Origin: a virus
Lineage: Duplodnaviria > Caudoviricetes
IMG/VR virus record: IMGVR_UViG_3300031992_000028
Reading direction: 5' to 3' (one strand)
Length of the DNA: 64,000 bases
Part shown: piece by piece, positions 40,401 through 49,402 of the stretch
Numbering within the stretch: the stretch's first letter is position 1
Layout of the letters: the number at the start of each line of letters is the position of its first letter
Notes under the pieces: generated by a model
The model's input: the letters and a program-made list of their open reading frames with translations, nothing else
Told to the model about the DNA's origin: nothing
Database searches by the model: none
Translations under genes and position numbers: made by a program

Positions 40401-40695
40401 TAAAAGACATATTCTTCGTGCAAGATTTTATGATCCACAGGAACCTACATTAATACCAAGAGTTAGCATGGAATTTGACTTTGTAAGGGACCTCGATAGT
40501 GAAGACCCTGATGCAAGAAAAGCAAATCCACACTATAAAAAATGGTTTGAATATAATTATAGAGCATATGATTATGACGGAAACTTATTACCTGATATAA
40601 ATCCTGATAGTGAAAGAACTGAGACTGAAAAGAGAATGCTTGGTAATATTCATAAAAAATTAGTAGATGATGGAATTATTGATAATAATAATTAA
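37444..40695 (+). CDS. Acidic multi-module protein, 1083 aa (two Zn-finger modules, ferritin-like ExxH module, DUF4314-like module)
   Basis: AAGGAGA RBS; three TGA=Trp fuse the fragments; CKCC..CKKC, CGWC..CSRC, DEIEAINGYE...EEKEH, EHIDSIGQLHGTWGGLAIIPGVD. Confidence 0.75.
39148..39222 (+). repeat. 5 x 15-bp coding repeat (PVVEE)
   Basis: ccNgtNgttgaagag x5. Confidence 0.9.
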
Positions 40696-40719
40696 ATAAA
40701 TTATATCGTATATTATAAC

Positions 40720-40823
40720 GAGTGAACAAAAAGCATTAAGGAGATAAGCCCCAGCTTAGTACTTGATGCGAACTCATTTTAATAGAAGTGCTCAAGAGCC
40801 TGATAGAACTGGTGGAGAGCACT
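40720..40823 (+). ncRNA. Candidate structured 5' leader RNA
   Basis: Nested stems gagt/actc, gcattaag/cttgatgc, taagc/gctta, then agtgctc/gagcact; GC-richer than the flanks. Confidence 0.4.
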
Positions 40824-40855
40824 GAGTAACTAAATAGAATTAGGAGATATTAAAA

Positions 40856-41332
40856 ATGAAGTATTACTCAGAAATTTTAAACAAAAACTTTGATTCAGTC
40901 GAAGATTTAGAAAAGGCTGAAGAAGAACACAAAGCTGAACAAGCTAAAAAAGAAGAAGCTAAAGCTTTAGTTAAGAAAGAATCCTCAGAAGTTGAAGACT
41001 CTTTTAAAGCAAGAAACGCTGCAAGAAAAGCTTATAACGAAAAACTCGTTGAAGCAAGAAAAATTTACAATGAAGCTTTAAGAAAAGCTAAAGATGAATT
41101 TGAGGCTAGCTTGAAAGAATCAACAGAAACTTTAGAAAAAGCTGAAGCTGATTATGACACTAGACTTAAAGCTTTCCAAAAAGCCCATCCAGAAGGTTAT
41201 CACATTACACTTAAAGATGGTGATAATGTTGTAACTTACACAAGTAATCAAATTGATTACCCAGTTAAAAGTATTAGTAAAGAATTTGATGATATATTAG
41301 ACTTATTCTCTAACTTACTTAGACGCTGGTAA
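40856..41332 (+). CDS. Coiled-coil hypothetical protein, 158 aa
   Basis: AGGAGA RBS; E/K/A-rich heptads. Confidence 0.75.
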   Translation: MKYYSEILNKNFDSVEDLEKAEEEHKAEQAKKEEAKALVKKESSEVEDSFKARNAARKAYNEKLVEARKIYNEALRKAKDEFEASLKESTETLEKAEADYDTRLKAFQKAHPEGYHITLKDGDNVVTYTSNQIDYPVKSISKEFDDILDLFSNLLRRW

Positions 41333-41397
41333 TTAGCTTCTAAATTCTGGGGCTTAATAAAATAATAAAATATTAAAATATATTGTATAATATTATG

Positions 41398-41507
41398 TGA
41401 GTTGAAGAGCTCACAAGTTCATAGTAGCGCTAAGGTAAAACTTAGCAATCCTCCCTTCAACAGCAGCTTATCACAATTCCTCCTGGTATGTTGCTGTTTT
41501 TCTTTTT
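41398..41507 (+). ncRNA. Candidate small RNA with anti-SD (CCUCC) motifs
   Basis: TATAAT 41386-41391; stems tgtgag/ctcaca, gctaag/cttagc and terminator aacagcagc/gttgctgtt plus T-tract; no ORF. Confidence 0.55.
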
Positions 41508-41520
41508 GCTAAATTTAATG

Positions 41521-41572
41521 GTCGGTCAAATAGCGCCATCACCTTCGCCACAGCTAAGTTGACCGGCTTTTT
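41521..41572 (+). ncRNA. Candidate short hairpin RNA / terminator behind a late-promoter variant
   Basis: TGCTAAATTT at 41507; stem gtcggtcaa/ttgaccggc plus T-tract; loop CCATCACCTT. Confidence 0.4.
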
Positions 41573-41608
41573 TATTTTAACTGAGAAGCTACTGAGAAGT
41601 GTTTCATT

Positions 41609-41618
41609 TGCTAAATTA
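41609..41618 (+). promoter_or_regulatory. Putative late promoter TGCTAAATTA
   Basis: Motif copy heading the 41635-44345 operon. Confidence 0.7.
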
Positions 41619-41634
41619 TTTGAGGTTTGCAAAA

Positions 41635-42057
41635 ATGCAGTGAAATAATGTTGATATAACTACCAAAGTAGCTATTACACGCTTTCTAAAAGTTAAAAAT
41701 AATTTACCAATTAAATTTATTTCAAGTAATTTTGCTGCAAGTGGCGAAAAACTTTATTACGCTTACTTTGAAGATACTAAATTATCTACATGATATAAAA
41801 GCATTAATTCGACACGAGAAGGTGTTTTTAGAGTAATTATTAACGAAGAATTTTTAAACTCTCAAACAAACGGCATTGATTTAGTTGCTAAGATACCAAG
41901 CAATATATCAGATGAAAAAAGAATCATTTTAAGAATCGCTTACTCTATTTTGGTAAATTGACAAAGAGCTGTTATTGAAGCTTATAAAACGGCAGAAAAA
42001 GATAGTAATAAAATTACTTATGCTAATGCTATGAATTGATATGAAGATTTAAAATAA
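41635..42057 (+). CDS. LRIAY-family paralogue 1, 140 aa
   Basis: GAGG RBS; 4 TGA; KRIILRIAYSIL. Confidence 0.7.
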
Positions 42058-42058
42058 T

Positions 42059-42400
42059 ATGGCAAGATATAGTTTACAAGATGCACGTAGATATATAGTT
42101 CAAGCATTCATGAGACTTAATAAAGCTCGTGGTTTAAATTTAGCTTTACTTGATTTAGAGTATGCAGATTTAATGGGCTGAGATTTTATTAAAGCTCATA
42201 TGTATGATAAAACAACTCACACTAAGTTTGATAGTATGCTTAATGAGTTTATTTTTACCAGAGAAGATACTATGACAAATTTAGACACACAAGCTAAAAT
42301 ACTTGGAAAAAATCTAAATGAAAGAGAAAAAATTATTTTAAGAGTTGCTTATACTATTTGAAGAGACTGGAAGGAAACTAGAAATGTTGACGTGGACTAA
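42059..42400 (+). CDS. LRIAY-family paralogue 2, 113 aa
   Basis: QAFMRLNKARGLNL...KIILRVAYTIW; 2 TGA. Confidence 0.75.
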
Positions 42401-42713
42401 TCAAGACTTAGATGATTTCTGTGAACAAGCAGTCGAGCTTTTAAATAAGAAAAAGCAATTACAATTAGAATTAAGAAATTGTTGGCTTTATTCAAATAGC
42501 TCTGGCAGTAATTTTCATATTATCTATCATAATAACTTTTTAGATAAAGATTTTCATTTATGTAGAAATGGTAGGATTTTGCAAGAAGGAACTATTGGTG
42601 TTGATAAAGTGGCCGAGCTAGAAAAAGTAGACGACATTAAATTAAAAATAGTTTTACGCATTGCATATTTTATTTATAAAGACTGTCAAAGAGAGATGAA
42701 GGAAGATAAATAA
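42384..42713 (+). CDS. LRIAY-family paralogue 3, 109 aa
   Basis: QAVELLNKKKQLQL...KIVLRIAYFIY. Confidence 0.75.
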   Translation: MLTWTNQDLDDFCEQAVELLNKKKQLQLELRNCWLYSNSSGSNFHIIYHNNFLDKDFHLCRNGRILQEGTIGVDKVAELEKVDDIKLKIVLRIAYFIYKDCQREMKEDK

Positions 42714-43240
42714 TGGCTAGAGAAGTCTCATTTATGTTTAAAGACCTTGAAGAGCTTGCTCAAATTAAAGCAGGTGTTTTAGGTTATCTTCAAAGAGATA
42801 TTAACAAGCTATTAAAAACAAAAGACTTAGATGCTGAATTTATAAATATTGCAACACCTGGAAAAGCTTATGGAAGGACTTGACTACTCTTTAAAGTTTA
42901 TTACACTTGCTATGATGACCAAGATGATATGTTAGGAAATTATACGCATGTTTTCTTTGCTTACCCTATTCAACAAAACTTATTTACAAGAGACCCAGAC
43001 ATGATGGACATTGTAGATGGACAAGCTAGAATTAAAGGAAGACAAGATAGATTAAGTGATATTGATTTAGTTAAGGTTAGAATTCTTTATCATATATTTT
43101 ATATTATTAAGTGTATTCAAGAAGATAATTTACCTGCAACCATTAAACTTCCTACTAAAAAATACATTGTAGTTGAATATGCCGATGCTGGAAACTTATT
43201 CTACGAGTTAAAAGATCATTTACCTGGGGGCTTTAATTAA
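42713..43240 (+). CDS. Divergent LRIAY-family paralogue 4, 175 aa
   Basis: TAATG coupling; 1 TGA; INKLLKTKDLD...VKVRILYHIFY. Confidence 0.6.
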
Positions 43241-43241
43241 T

Positions 43242-43991
43242 ATGGGATTACAACTTGGAATGAATGAATCATCAAACATTATTAGTCTAGCCATTAAAGC
43301 TACTGGAGAAAACTTGGATAGAGATTTTTATCATATTCATTCTGCACCAGGACATCAGGGCTTCTTTGTTGAAATTGCTGACCAGACACTTGAAGGCAAG
43401 CTCTCTGCAGTATCTAACGACTATGATAATGGTGATTTTGTTTTTACTTTAAATATACCATATGAGTATTTTAATGATGATCAATTGCCTGAAGATACTA
43501 AGCTTGGAATAAAACTTACAGACCACACTGAGGTAAAAGCTGAAATTAGATGTATGGGATTAATTGCTAAGACACACGAAGCATGACTTAAAGACCATGA
43601 AGTTTTTACCACAGAAGATTTAAGAAAAGTTATTAATGATGCTCTAGATAGATTAAGAAAAATTAAAAAATTAGATTTAATGGTCCATGGAAATAAAGGC
43701 GAAAAAGCTGAAAAATATGTTTCATTGTGGCTTACTGAAGGACATATTCCTGCGACTGGTGGAAGTTTTCTTGATAGATTTTTCCCAGTTGAGCTACATG
43801 TCTATGACTATTATATTGATGTGGGAAATCATGTAGTCGATGAATTAATTGGTGAAACTAACCTCCGTGGTAAAAGCAGACGAGAAGTTTGTCTATTAAG
43901 AGTAGCATATACTATTTATTCTGAATGTACTGGTTGGCTTCATAATAAATGACCAAAAGTTTTTAATGATTATGTAAACGGAGAGTTTTAG
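43242..43991 (+). CDS. LRIAY-family paralogue 5 (probably two tandem domains), 249 aa
   Basis: 2 TGA fuse ORFs 43242 and 43680; DALDRLRKIKKLDL...CLLRVAYTIY. Confidence 0.7.
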
Positions 43992-44006
43992 TTAGGAGTT
44001 ATATGT

Positions 44007-44345
44007 ATGGATCAAGCACAAAAAGATTTACTAATTAAAGATGCTGAGAAATATAAAGCAGATGACTATTTAGCTAAAGCTGTTCAGCTTCTATTTAAGA
44101 ATAAAAAAATAAAAATAGAAATAGTTGCTCATGAATGAGATATTAGTAATGTCAGTGATAAGCTAATTTTTAAGCTATGATATTCTGCAGATGGTCATGA
44201 AGTAGTATTAAATATATTAGAAAGTGTTTTTAAAGATTATAATAGAGATGCAGATAAAGATATTGGAATTAAAAATGATTTGCCAATAAGCACTAAAATT
44301 ATTTTGAGACTTGCATATCTATTATACAAACATAGAAATGATTAA
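44007..44345 (+). CDS. LRIAY-family paralogue 6, 112 aa
   Basis: AGGAG RBS; 2 TGA; KAVQLLFKNKKIKI...KIILRLAYLLY. Confidence 0.75.
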
Positions 44346-44346
44346 C

Positions 44347-44409
44347 TGCTAAATTAAGTAACATAAATCATTTGCATGGTTTGAAAGGTGTCGAAAGGCA
44401 TCTTTTTTT
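44347..44409 (+). promoter_or_regulatory. Late promoter motif followed within about 30 nt by a terminator
   Basis: TGCTAAATTA 44347-44356; aaggtgtc-gaaa-ggcatctt plus T-tract. Confidence 0.55.
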
Positions 44410-44438
44410 ATCTCCGGCTATTGTATAATATAATAAGT

Positions 44439-44969
44439 ATGTCCACAGAAGAATTAATTGAAAAGGCAGTAGAAAATTTAAATAGGGTTAAGCAATTAAA
44501 CCTAAAGATAACAGGCATATTATTACAGCTTGGCAATGATAATAATTTTTCTGTATCAATATTAGATAATGAAAGTGACTGCACATTTGACACTATTATT
44601 GATGAACAGGTTACTACTAAACAGCTGTTACCAGATGACCCTGTAAGTCTATCACCAGATACTATTATAATGCTGAGAATAGCTAAGCGTATATTTGAAG
44701 CTTATAAAAAATTTAAATCTAAACTTGTTGATGATAGCTTAACACTTAATGCTAACCAAACAATTAGTTCAATACAATGGGGTAATACTACTTATGATAT
44801 TGGAGTTAATGGTAGAAGCTTAACTGCAACATTTGATGAAGTAGATGAGCTAAAAAATAAGCTTAATAATTTACAAACTGAAAAAGATCACTTGGAACAA
44901 GAATTACAAAGCACAAAAGCAATAGTTGATTTACTCCTTCAACGATGCCAAGATAAAGGAATTCTATAA
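44439..44969 (+). CDS. LRIAY-family paralogue 7 with C-terminal coiled coil, 176 aa
   Basis: KAVENLNRVKQLNL...IMLRIAKRIF; TATAAT 44424-44429, no SD. Confidence 0.7.
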   Translation: MSTEELIEKAVENLNRVKQLNLKITGILLQLGNDNNFSVSILDNESDCTFDTIIDEQVTTKQLLPDDPVSLSPDTIIMLRIAKRIFEAYKKFKSKLVDDSLTLNANQTISSIQWGNTTYDIGVNGRSLTATFDEVDELKNKLNNLQTEKDHLEQELQSTKAIVDLLLQRCQDKGIL

Positions 44970-44992
44970 ATTAGAAATTTGTAAAAAAACTA

Positions 44993-45021
44993 TTTACAAG
45001 TTTCTTTTTTTATAGTATAAT
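44993..45021 (+). promoter_or_regulatory. Sigma70/SigA-type early promoter overlapping a terminator hairpin
   Basis: TTTACA-17-TATAAT. Confidence 0.75.
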
Positions 45022-45034
45022 ATAAATAGAGGTA

Positions 45035-45436
45035 ATGAATATGTTTAGAAAAGCTACTAAGACAGAATTTAGAAATAAACAAGGCAAGTTAGCCAAAGAT
45101 ATTATTGACTGGCTTTTAAAGAAAGAAATCTTTGATGATACTTTTATTTATGTAAATGGCAAACGTTATGGAACCTATGATGGTGAAGGCCATTATAATT
45201 ATGGAACTAACTCTTGGGACAAAGTTTATGTAGAAGATAATAAAGACCCTAAAGACTACTTTGAATATGCAGGAAAGATTTTATCTATGTCTTTTGAGGG
45301 ACCACTTTATGATTTATTAAACTATGGCTTTGAGTGGAATAGCCATGCTGAAGATGAACTTAGAAATATCTTTCATAAATATGGCTATTACTTTGAACTT
45401 GGAAATGCTTGGAACTTAACAGCAGTGGAGGAATAA
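45035..45436 (+). CDS. Hypothetical protein, 133 aa
   Basis: Intact ORF with AGAGGT RBS. Confidence 0.75.
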   Translation: MNMFRKATKTEFRNKQGKLAKDIIDWLLKKEIFDDTFIYVNGKRYGTYDGEGHYNYGTNSWDKVYVEDNKDPKDYFEYAGKILSMSFEGPLYDLLNYGFEWNSHAEDELRNIFHKYGYYFELGNAWNLTAVEE

Positions 45437-45438
45437 TT

Positions 45439-45927
45439 ATGTTTCCAGATTTATTAGAAGCTCTTGGGGCTTATACTGATTACTATATGGACGACACAGA
45501 CCCAGAGGTTAAAGACGCATTTAAAAAAATACTTAAAGATATGTGGCATGAGAAAGCTATAAAGTATGTAGATGATACCGGTGAGATTACTGGTGAAGCT
45601 CGTGCTATTTTAGAAAAGGCTTTACAATTACTTCATAAAAATAAAAACATTCATCTCAGATTTGATTTGAATTCTGAAAATTGCAGCATGCGTCATATGC
45701 AAGACCCAAGAAGTTTAAGTTCACAAATAACTTTACAATTTGAAGTAAAAGAAGGCTTAGCTAAACAATCTATTAAAGCTACCTTTAATAAAGAAGTTTT
45801 TACTGCTAATTGGTTACCAACTGATGATTATGCTAGTATCTCAAATAAAATTAAAGCCTTAGATACTACAACCTATCGTGGTATTAGACTTGCTTATATT
45901 ATCTATCAAGCAATTAAAAATAATTAA
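45439..45927 (+). CDS. LRIAY-family paralogue 8, 162 aa
   Basis: GGAGG RBS; KALQLLHKNKNIHL...GIRLAYIIY. Confidence 0.75.
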   Translation: MFPDLLEALGAYTDYYMDDTDPEVKDAFKKILKDMWHEKAIKYVDDTGEITGEARAILEKALQLLHKNKNIHLRFDLNSENCSMRHMQDPRSLSSQITLQFEVKEGLAKQSIKATFNKEVFTANWLPTDDYASISNKIKALDTTTYRGIRLAYIIYQAIKNN

Positions 45928-45935
45928 TTTTATTA

Positions 45936-45964
45936 TTTACATACACATTTATTTGTGATATAAT
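45936..45964 (+). promoter_or_regulatory. Sigma70-type early promoter
   Basis: TTTACA-17-TATAAT with extended TG. Confidence 0.75.
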
Positions 45965-45991
45965 ATTAATAGAAAGTTGAGGTTAACAACT

Positions 45992-46657
45992 ATGGAAAAA
46001 GAATATCAGAAAATTGGAAATGTATTTAAGTTCGATGAAAAGTTTAGAACTATTGTTGGTTTAAATGAACCTTATGAAACTTTAAAGAACATTATTTGGC
46101 AAGGCACTGAAAAGATTGACGGAACTAACATTCGTATTCATTGGGATGGCCATGACATCGAATTCGCTGGTCACACAGATAAAGCACAAATTCCACCAAA
46201 ACTTCAAGCTTACTTAGAGTCTGTGTTCAAAGTTCCAGAAATGGAATATATTTTTGAACAAGTCTTTGGTGAATCTGAAGCTTATATCTTTGGTGAAGGT
46301 TTTGGTGCTGGAATTCAAAAGTCTGGCGGAGACTATGTAGAAAACGGAACTGATGTTTCTTTCATTGTCTTTGATGTTCAAATCGATGGTTGGGACCTTG
46401 ATAGAAAAAATACTACAGATGTCGCTACTAAACTTGGCTTACCTTCTGTCCCTGTTTGCTTTGAAGGAACTTTAGACGAAGCTAAAGCTTATGTTGCTGA
46501 ACATCATATGTCTACACTTAATGGCGGAAAACATGAAATGGAGGGCTTAGTCTTAGTGCCTCGCGATATTCAATTATATGACAAGAAGCATCACCTCATC
46601 AAGTGCAAATGCAAGTATAGAGATATGGTTCGTGCTGGCTTAGTTGAGGAGAAATAA
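45992..46657 (+). CDS. RNA ligase (Rnl2-like nucleotidyltransferase domain), 221 aa
   Basis: Motif I EKIDGTN, FGEGFG..IQK, FIVFDV, EGLVL, KCK. Confidence 0.85.
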   Translation: MEKEYQKIGNVFKFDEKFRTIVGLNEPYETLKNIIWQGTEKIDGTNIRIHWDGHDIEFAGHTDKAQIPPKLQAYLESVFKVPEMEYIFEQVFGESEAYIFGEGFGAGIQKSGGDYVENGTDVSFIVFDVQIDGWDLDRKNTTDVATKLGLPSVPVCFEGTLDEAKAYVAEHHMSTLNGGKHEMEGLVLVPRDIQLYDKKHHLIKCKCKYRDMVRAGLVEEK

Positions 46658-46659
46658 TT

Positions 46660-46995
46660 ATGAGCTTAGATGCAAAAGTTTATATTGGCTATGGCATTGA
46701 TATTGGCTATGACAGATTTACCGAATATGAAGAGCGAGTAGACTATATGTATGACTTTGAAAGAAACGATGGTACTGAACTTGTTATTGATGGAATGAGC
46801 GGAAATTACGCACTTATCATGAGTGTCATTGATGTAGTTGAAGACCTTTATGGCGGTAGCGATGAAGTGCTAGCGCTTGAAATTACAGATAAAGCTGAAG
46901 TAGTTGAGAAGCTTAAAGCTGCTTATAAAGAAATTACTGGTGAAGATGCTAGTGATGAAAACGTCAAACTTTATAGAGTTGTTTGGGTTGGTTAA
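46660..46995 (+). CDS. Hypothetical protein, 111 aa
   Basis: Intact ORF with GAGGAG RBS. Confidence 0.7.
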   Translation: MSLDAKVYIGYGIDIGYDRFTEYEERVDYMYDFERNDGTELVIDGMSGNYALIMSVIDVVEDLYGGSDEVLALEITDKAEVVEKLKAAYKEITGEDASDENVKLYRVVWVG

Positions 46996-46996
46996 T

Positions 46997-47470
46997 ATGA
47001 AGATTTATATTGCTGCAAGTTTCGCATATGAAGATAAGGCTAAGACCAGCCAAAAGAAAGACTTAATTGAGAAGACAGTCAAAAGAATTAAGAAATTTCT
47101 AAAAGGCGATTACTATTTGCCACATCAACTAAAGATTCCAAATGCTTGGGACATTAGTTTAGAAGAATGGTCAAGAGCTGTATATGAGCATGATATGAAA
47201 GCACTTGAAGAGTCTGAAGTAGTAATCTTCTTAAGTTTTGGCAAAGAGAATAATGCTGGCTCAGCTTGGGAAATGGGGTATGTTCATGGGTTTAATTTAC
47301 ATGAGCAAGTTCATTTTCCAAAAACAGTTGTTGTAGTAAAGATGACTGATGAGCCTGAAAGTCTTATGATTAGTAATTCAGTAGATAGAATTATTATGAG
47401 TAATGAAATTGAAACCTATGATTGGAAGACACTTCCAAAATATAAAACAGCTTTAGAAAAATTAAGTTAA
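46997..47470 (+). CDS. Nucleoside 2-deoxyribosyltransferase-family protein, 157 aa
   Basis: MKIYIAASF, D..ALEESEVV, GSAWEMGY motifs. Confidence 0.8.
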   Translation: MKIYIAASFAYEDKAKTSQKKDLIEKTVKRIKKFLKGDYYLPHQLKIPNAWDISLEEWSRAVYEHDMKALEESEVVIFLSFGKENNAGSAWEMGYVHGFNLHEQVHFPKTVVVVKMTDEPESLMISNSVDRIIMSNEIETYDWKTLPKYKTALEKLS

Positions 47471-47474
47471 TAAT

Positions 47475-47642
47475 ATGAGACAGTGGAAGATAGAAAGAAT
47501 AGCAACTTTTGATGATGAAGAGCTCGCTAATTTTATTACTGAGATAGACAATAGACCTGGCTGTGAAGTTAAAGAAGTAATATTTATTGGTAATAACACA
47601 GTAAAAGTTAGACTCTATCAAATCTTATATATAGAGGACTAG
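47475..47642 (+). CDS. Hypothetical protein, 55 aa
   Basis: ATG to TAG filling the gap between neighbours. Confidence 0.55.
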   Translation: MRQWKIERIATFDDEELANFITEIDNRPGCEVKEVIFIGNNTVKVRLYQILYIED

Positions 47643-47644
47643 AA

Positions 47645-47914
47645 ATGAAAGTGAGTGAATTAATTCATCTACTACAAAAATACCCAGATAAAGAAGTTAT
47701 AGTAAGAATTGGTAATGGCTTATTTTGTCCAGTAGAGCTAGTAAAACTCTTTGATGGAAACATTATTATAGTAGGGAAAGACCTAAAAGTCTCTGACAAA
47801 TGTGTTGATTTTGAGCCTTTGAAGTTCGAGACTTCTGTCGAAAAGCTCTATATTATAGATAATAAGAAATATGACTTCCGCCAAAATACACTCATAGTAG
47901 TATGAAGATTTTAA
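47645..47914 (+). CDS. Hypothetical protein, 86-89 aa
   Basis: MKVSELIHLLQKYPDKEV start typical of small phage proteins; TGA 47903 then TAA 47912. Confidence 0.5.
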
Positions 47915-47969
47915 GACTTCTGTCAAAAGCAGAAGTTTTTTCTTTATTTAAAACTGAATCTCCGTCAGT
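47788..47969 (+). repeat. Five degenerate ~13-bp direct repeats at 42-43 bp spacing
   Basis: agtctctgacaaa, gacttctgtcgaa, gacttccgccaaa, gacttctgtcaaa, aatctccgtcagt at 47788, 47830, 47873, 47915, 47957. Confidence 0.5.
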
Positions 47970-48041
47970 CTGGCCCCAAGTAATTAAGAAATTGGGCGAA
48001 GCCCTTTTGAGGTGAAAAAATTGCCTTTGAGTCAATTTATT

Positions 48042-48051
48042 TGCTAAATTA
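48042..48051 (+). promoter_or_regulatory. Putative late promoter TGCTAAATTA
   Basis: Motif copy heading the 48070-49292 operon. Confidence 0.7.
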
Positions 48052-48069
48052 TACAAAGAGTAAAGCTTT

Positions 48070-48510
48070 ATGGATAAGATTTCAGAACTTCAACAACATA
48101 GAAACAAACTACTTGAGGGAAACAATTTAAGTACTTCAATTGCCAAGATGATCAGAGTCAAAGACCTTCCAGCTACCTTTCACTCAGCTACCACAATTGC
48201 TGGCCGAGATGGTAAGACCGAGATAGTGTTGGAGCTCTTCATTGATGTATTGAACACAGAGAAAATTGCAAGAGTTTATTTATACCTTACTGAGGACCTT
48301 TTTGACCCAGATAGCTTTAGTTATATAGATGGTGAAATAGGCCTTGGAGATAAGAAAATAGACATAGACGATTTCATTAAACTTAGAGCTCTTCGAACAG
48401 TATATAATGTAATAAGAAATATAAGCACTGGTTATGCAAATGCAGTCGACCCAAATAAAATAATATATGTCAGAACTCGATGAACAGGTATGTGTGATTA
48501 TAGTAATTAA
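48070..48510 (+). CDS. Hypothetical protein, possible divergent LRIAY paralogue 9, 146 aa
   Basis: 1 TGA; FIKLRALRTVYNVI. Confidence 0.6.
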
Positions 48511-48522
48511 GGCGGTAATAAT

Positions 48523-48909
48523 ATGACAGACAGTGAATTTAGAACAAGAAAAATGATAGTCTTGAGGGCAATAGCAGCCTTACAAAAACGCTTAGTTATT
48601 AAGGTAGAAGCCTCAGATATTTATATAAAACATGATAATATAATGGTTGATTTTATATATACAGATAGTATTAATTTTAATCCACCAGTAGATAAAAAGA
48701 TAACTTTAGGCTTCAGTAATAAATGATTTAATACAGAAGATTGGCTTACACAAGGTCAATTTGGAGATAGTTGAATGAAACAAAATTTTGAAGACACAGA
48801 AGCCCATATATCATCTAGTGCTGCTATGTCAGAAGAAGATAAAGCAGTCTTACGTATTGCTTACCAATTCTTTAGATATCTTAAGCCATATAAAGAATTT
48901 CTTAAATAG
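48523..48909 (+). CDS. LRIAY-family paralogue 10, 128 aa
   Basis: 2 TGA; RAIAALQKR...EDKAVLRIAYQFF. Confidence 0.75.
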
Positions 48910-48911
48910 TT

Positions 48912-49292
48912 ATGAATTACCCATATAGACCCCAAAAAGAATGAGACATAATAAATATAGTTAAGAAAGCTATTAGGACCTTAAATAAGAAAAAAGGTGC
49001 TAATTTTAAGATGCGTAATATTAGCTTTGGTTTAGGTGTAGATGATAAGTATGGCTCAGGACAATTAGATACTACAGTAAGCTTAACAGTGCAAGATACA
49101 GTAAGTAAAAAGACAATAAAATTATTCTGGTATGAAAGCTTCTTTAATGCTGAATTACCAGACGATAAAGATGAAGTAGCAGGAGTAAATAAAGTAAGCA
49201 AACCAGAAGACAAAGTATTACTTAGAATTGCTTATAGCATTTGGTTCTGCAGACACTGAATGAGCTCACCACAAAAGAAAAATATAAAATAG
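48912..49292 (+). CDS. LRIAY-family paralogue 11, 126 aa
   Basis: 2 TGA; KAIRTLNKKKGANF...EDKVLLRIAYSIW. Confidence 0.75.
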
Positions 49293-49402
49293 TTTTAAAA
49301 TAATCTGCTATAATTAATTGAAGGTTGTTAAAAAGGGTGAAATAGGTTTCACTCAAAATATCCTTCTTTTTTTATACTCTTTTGCGCCGTATAATATAAT
49401 GT

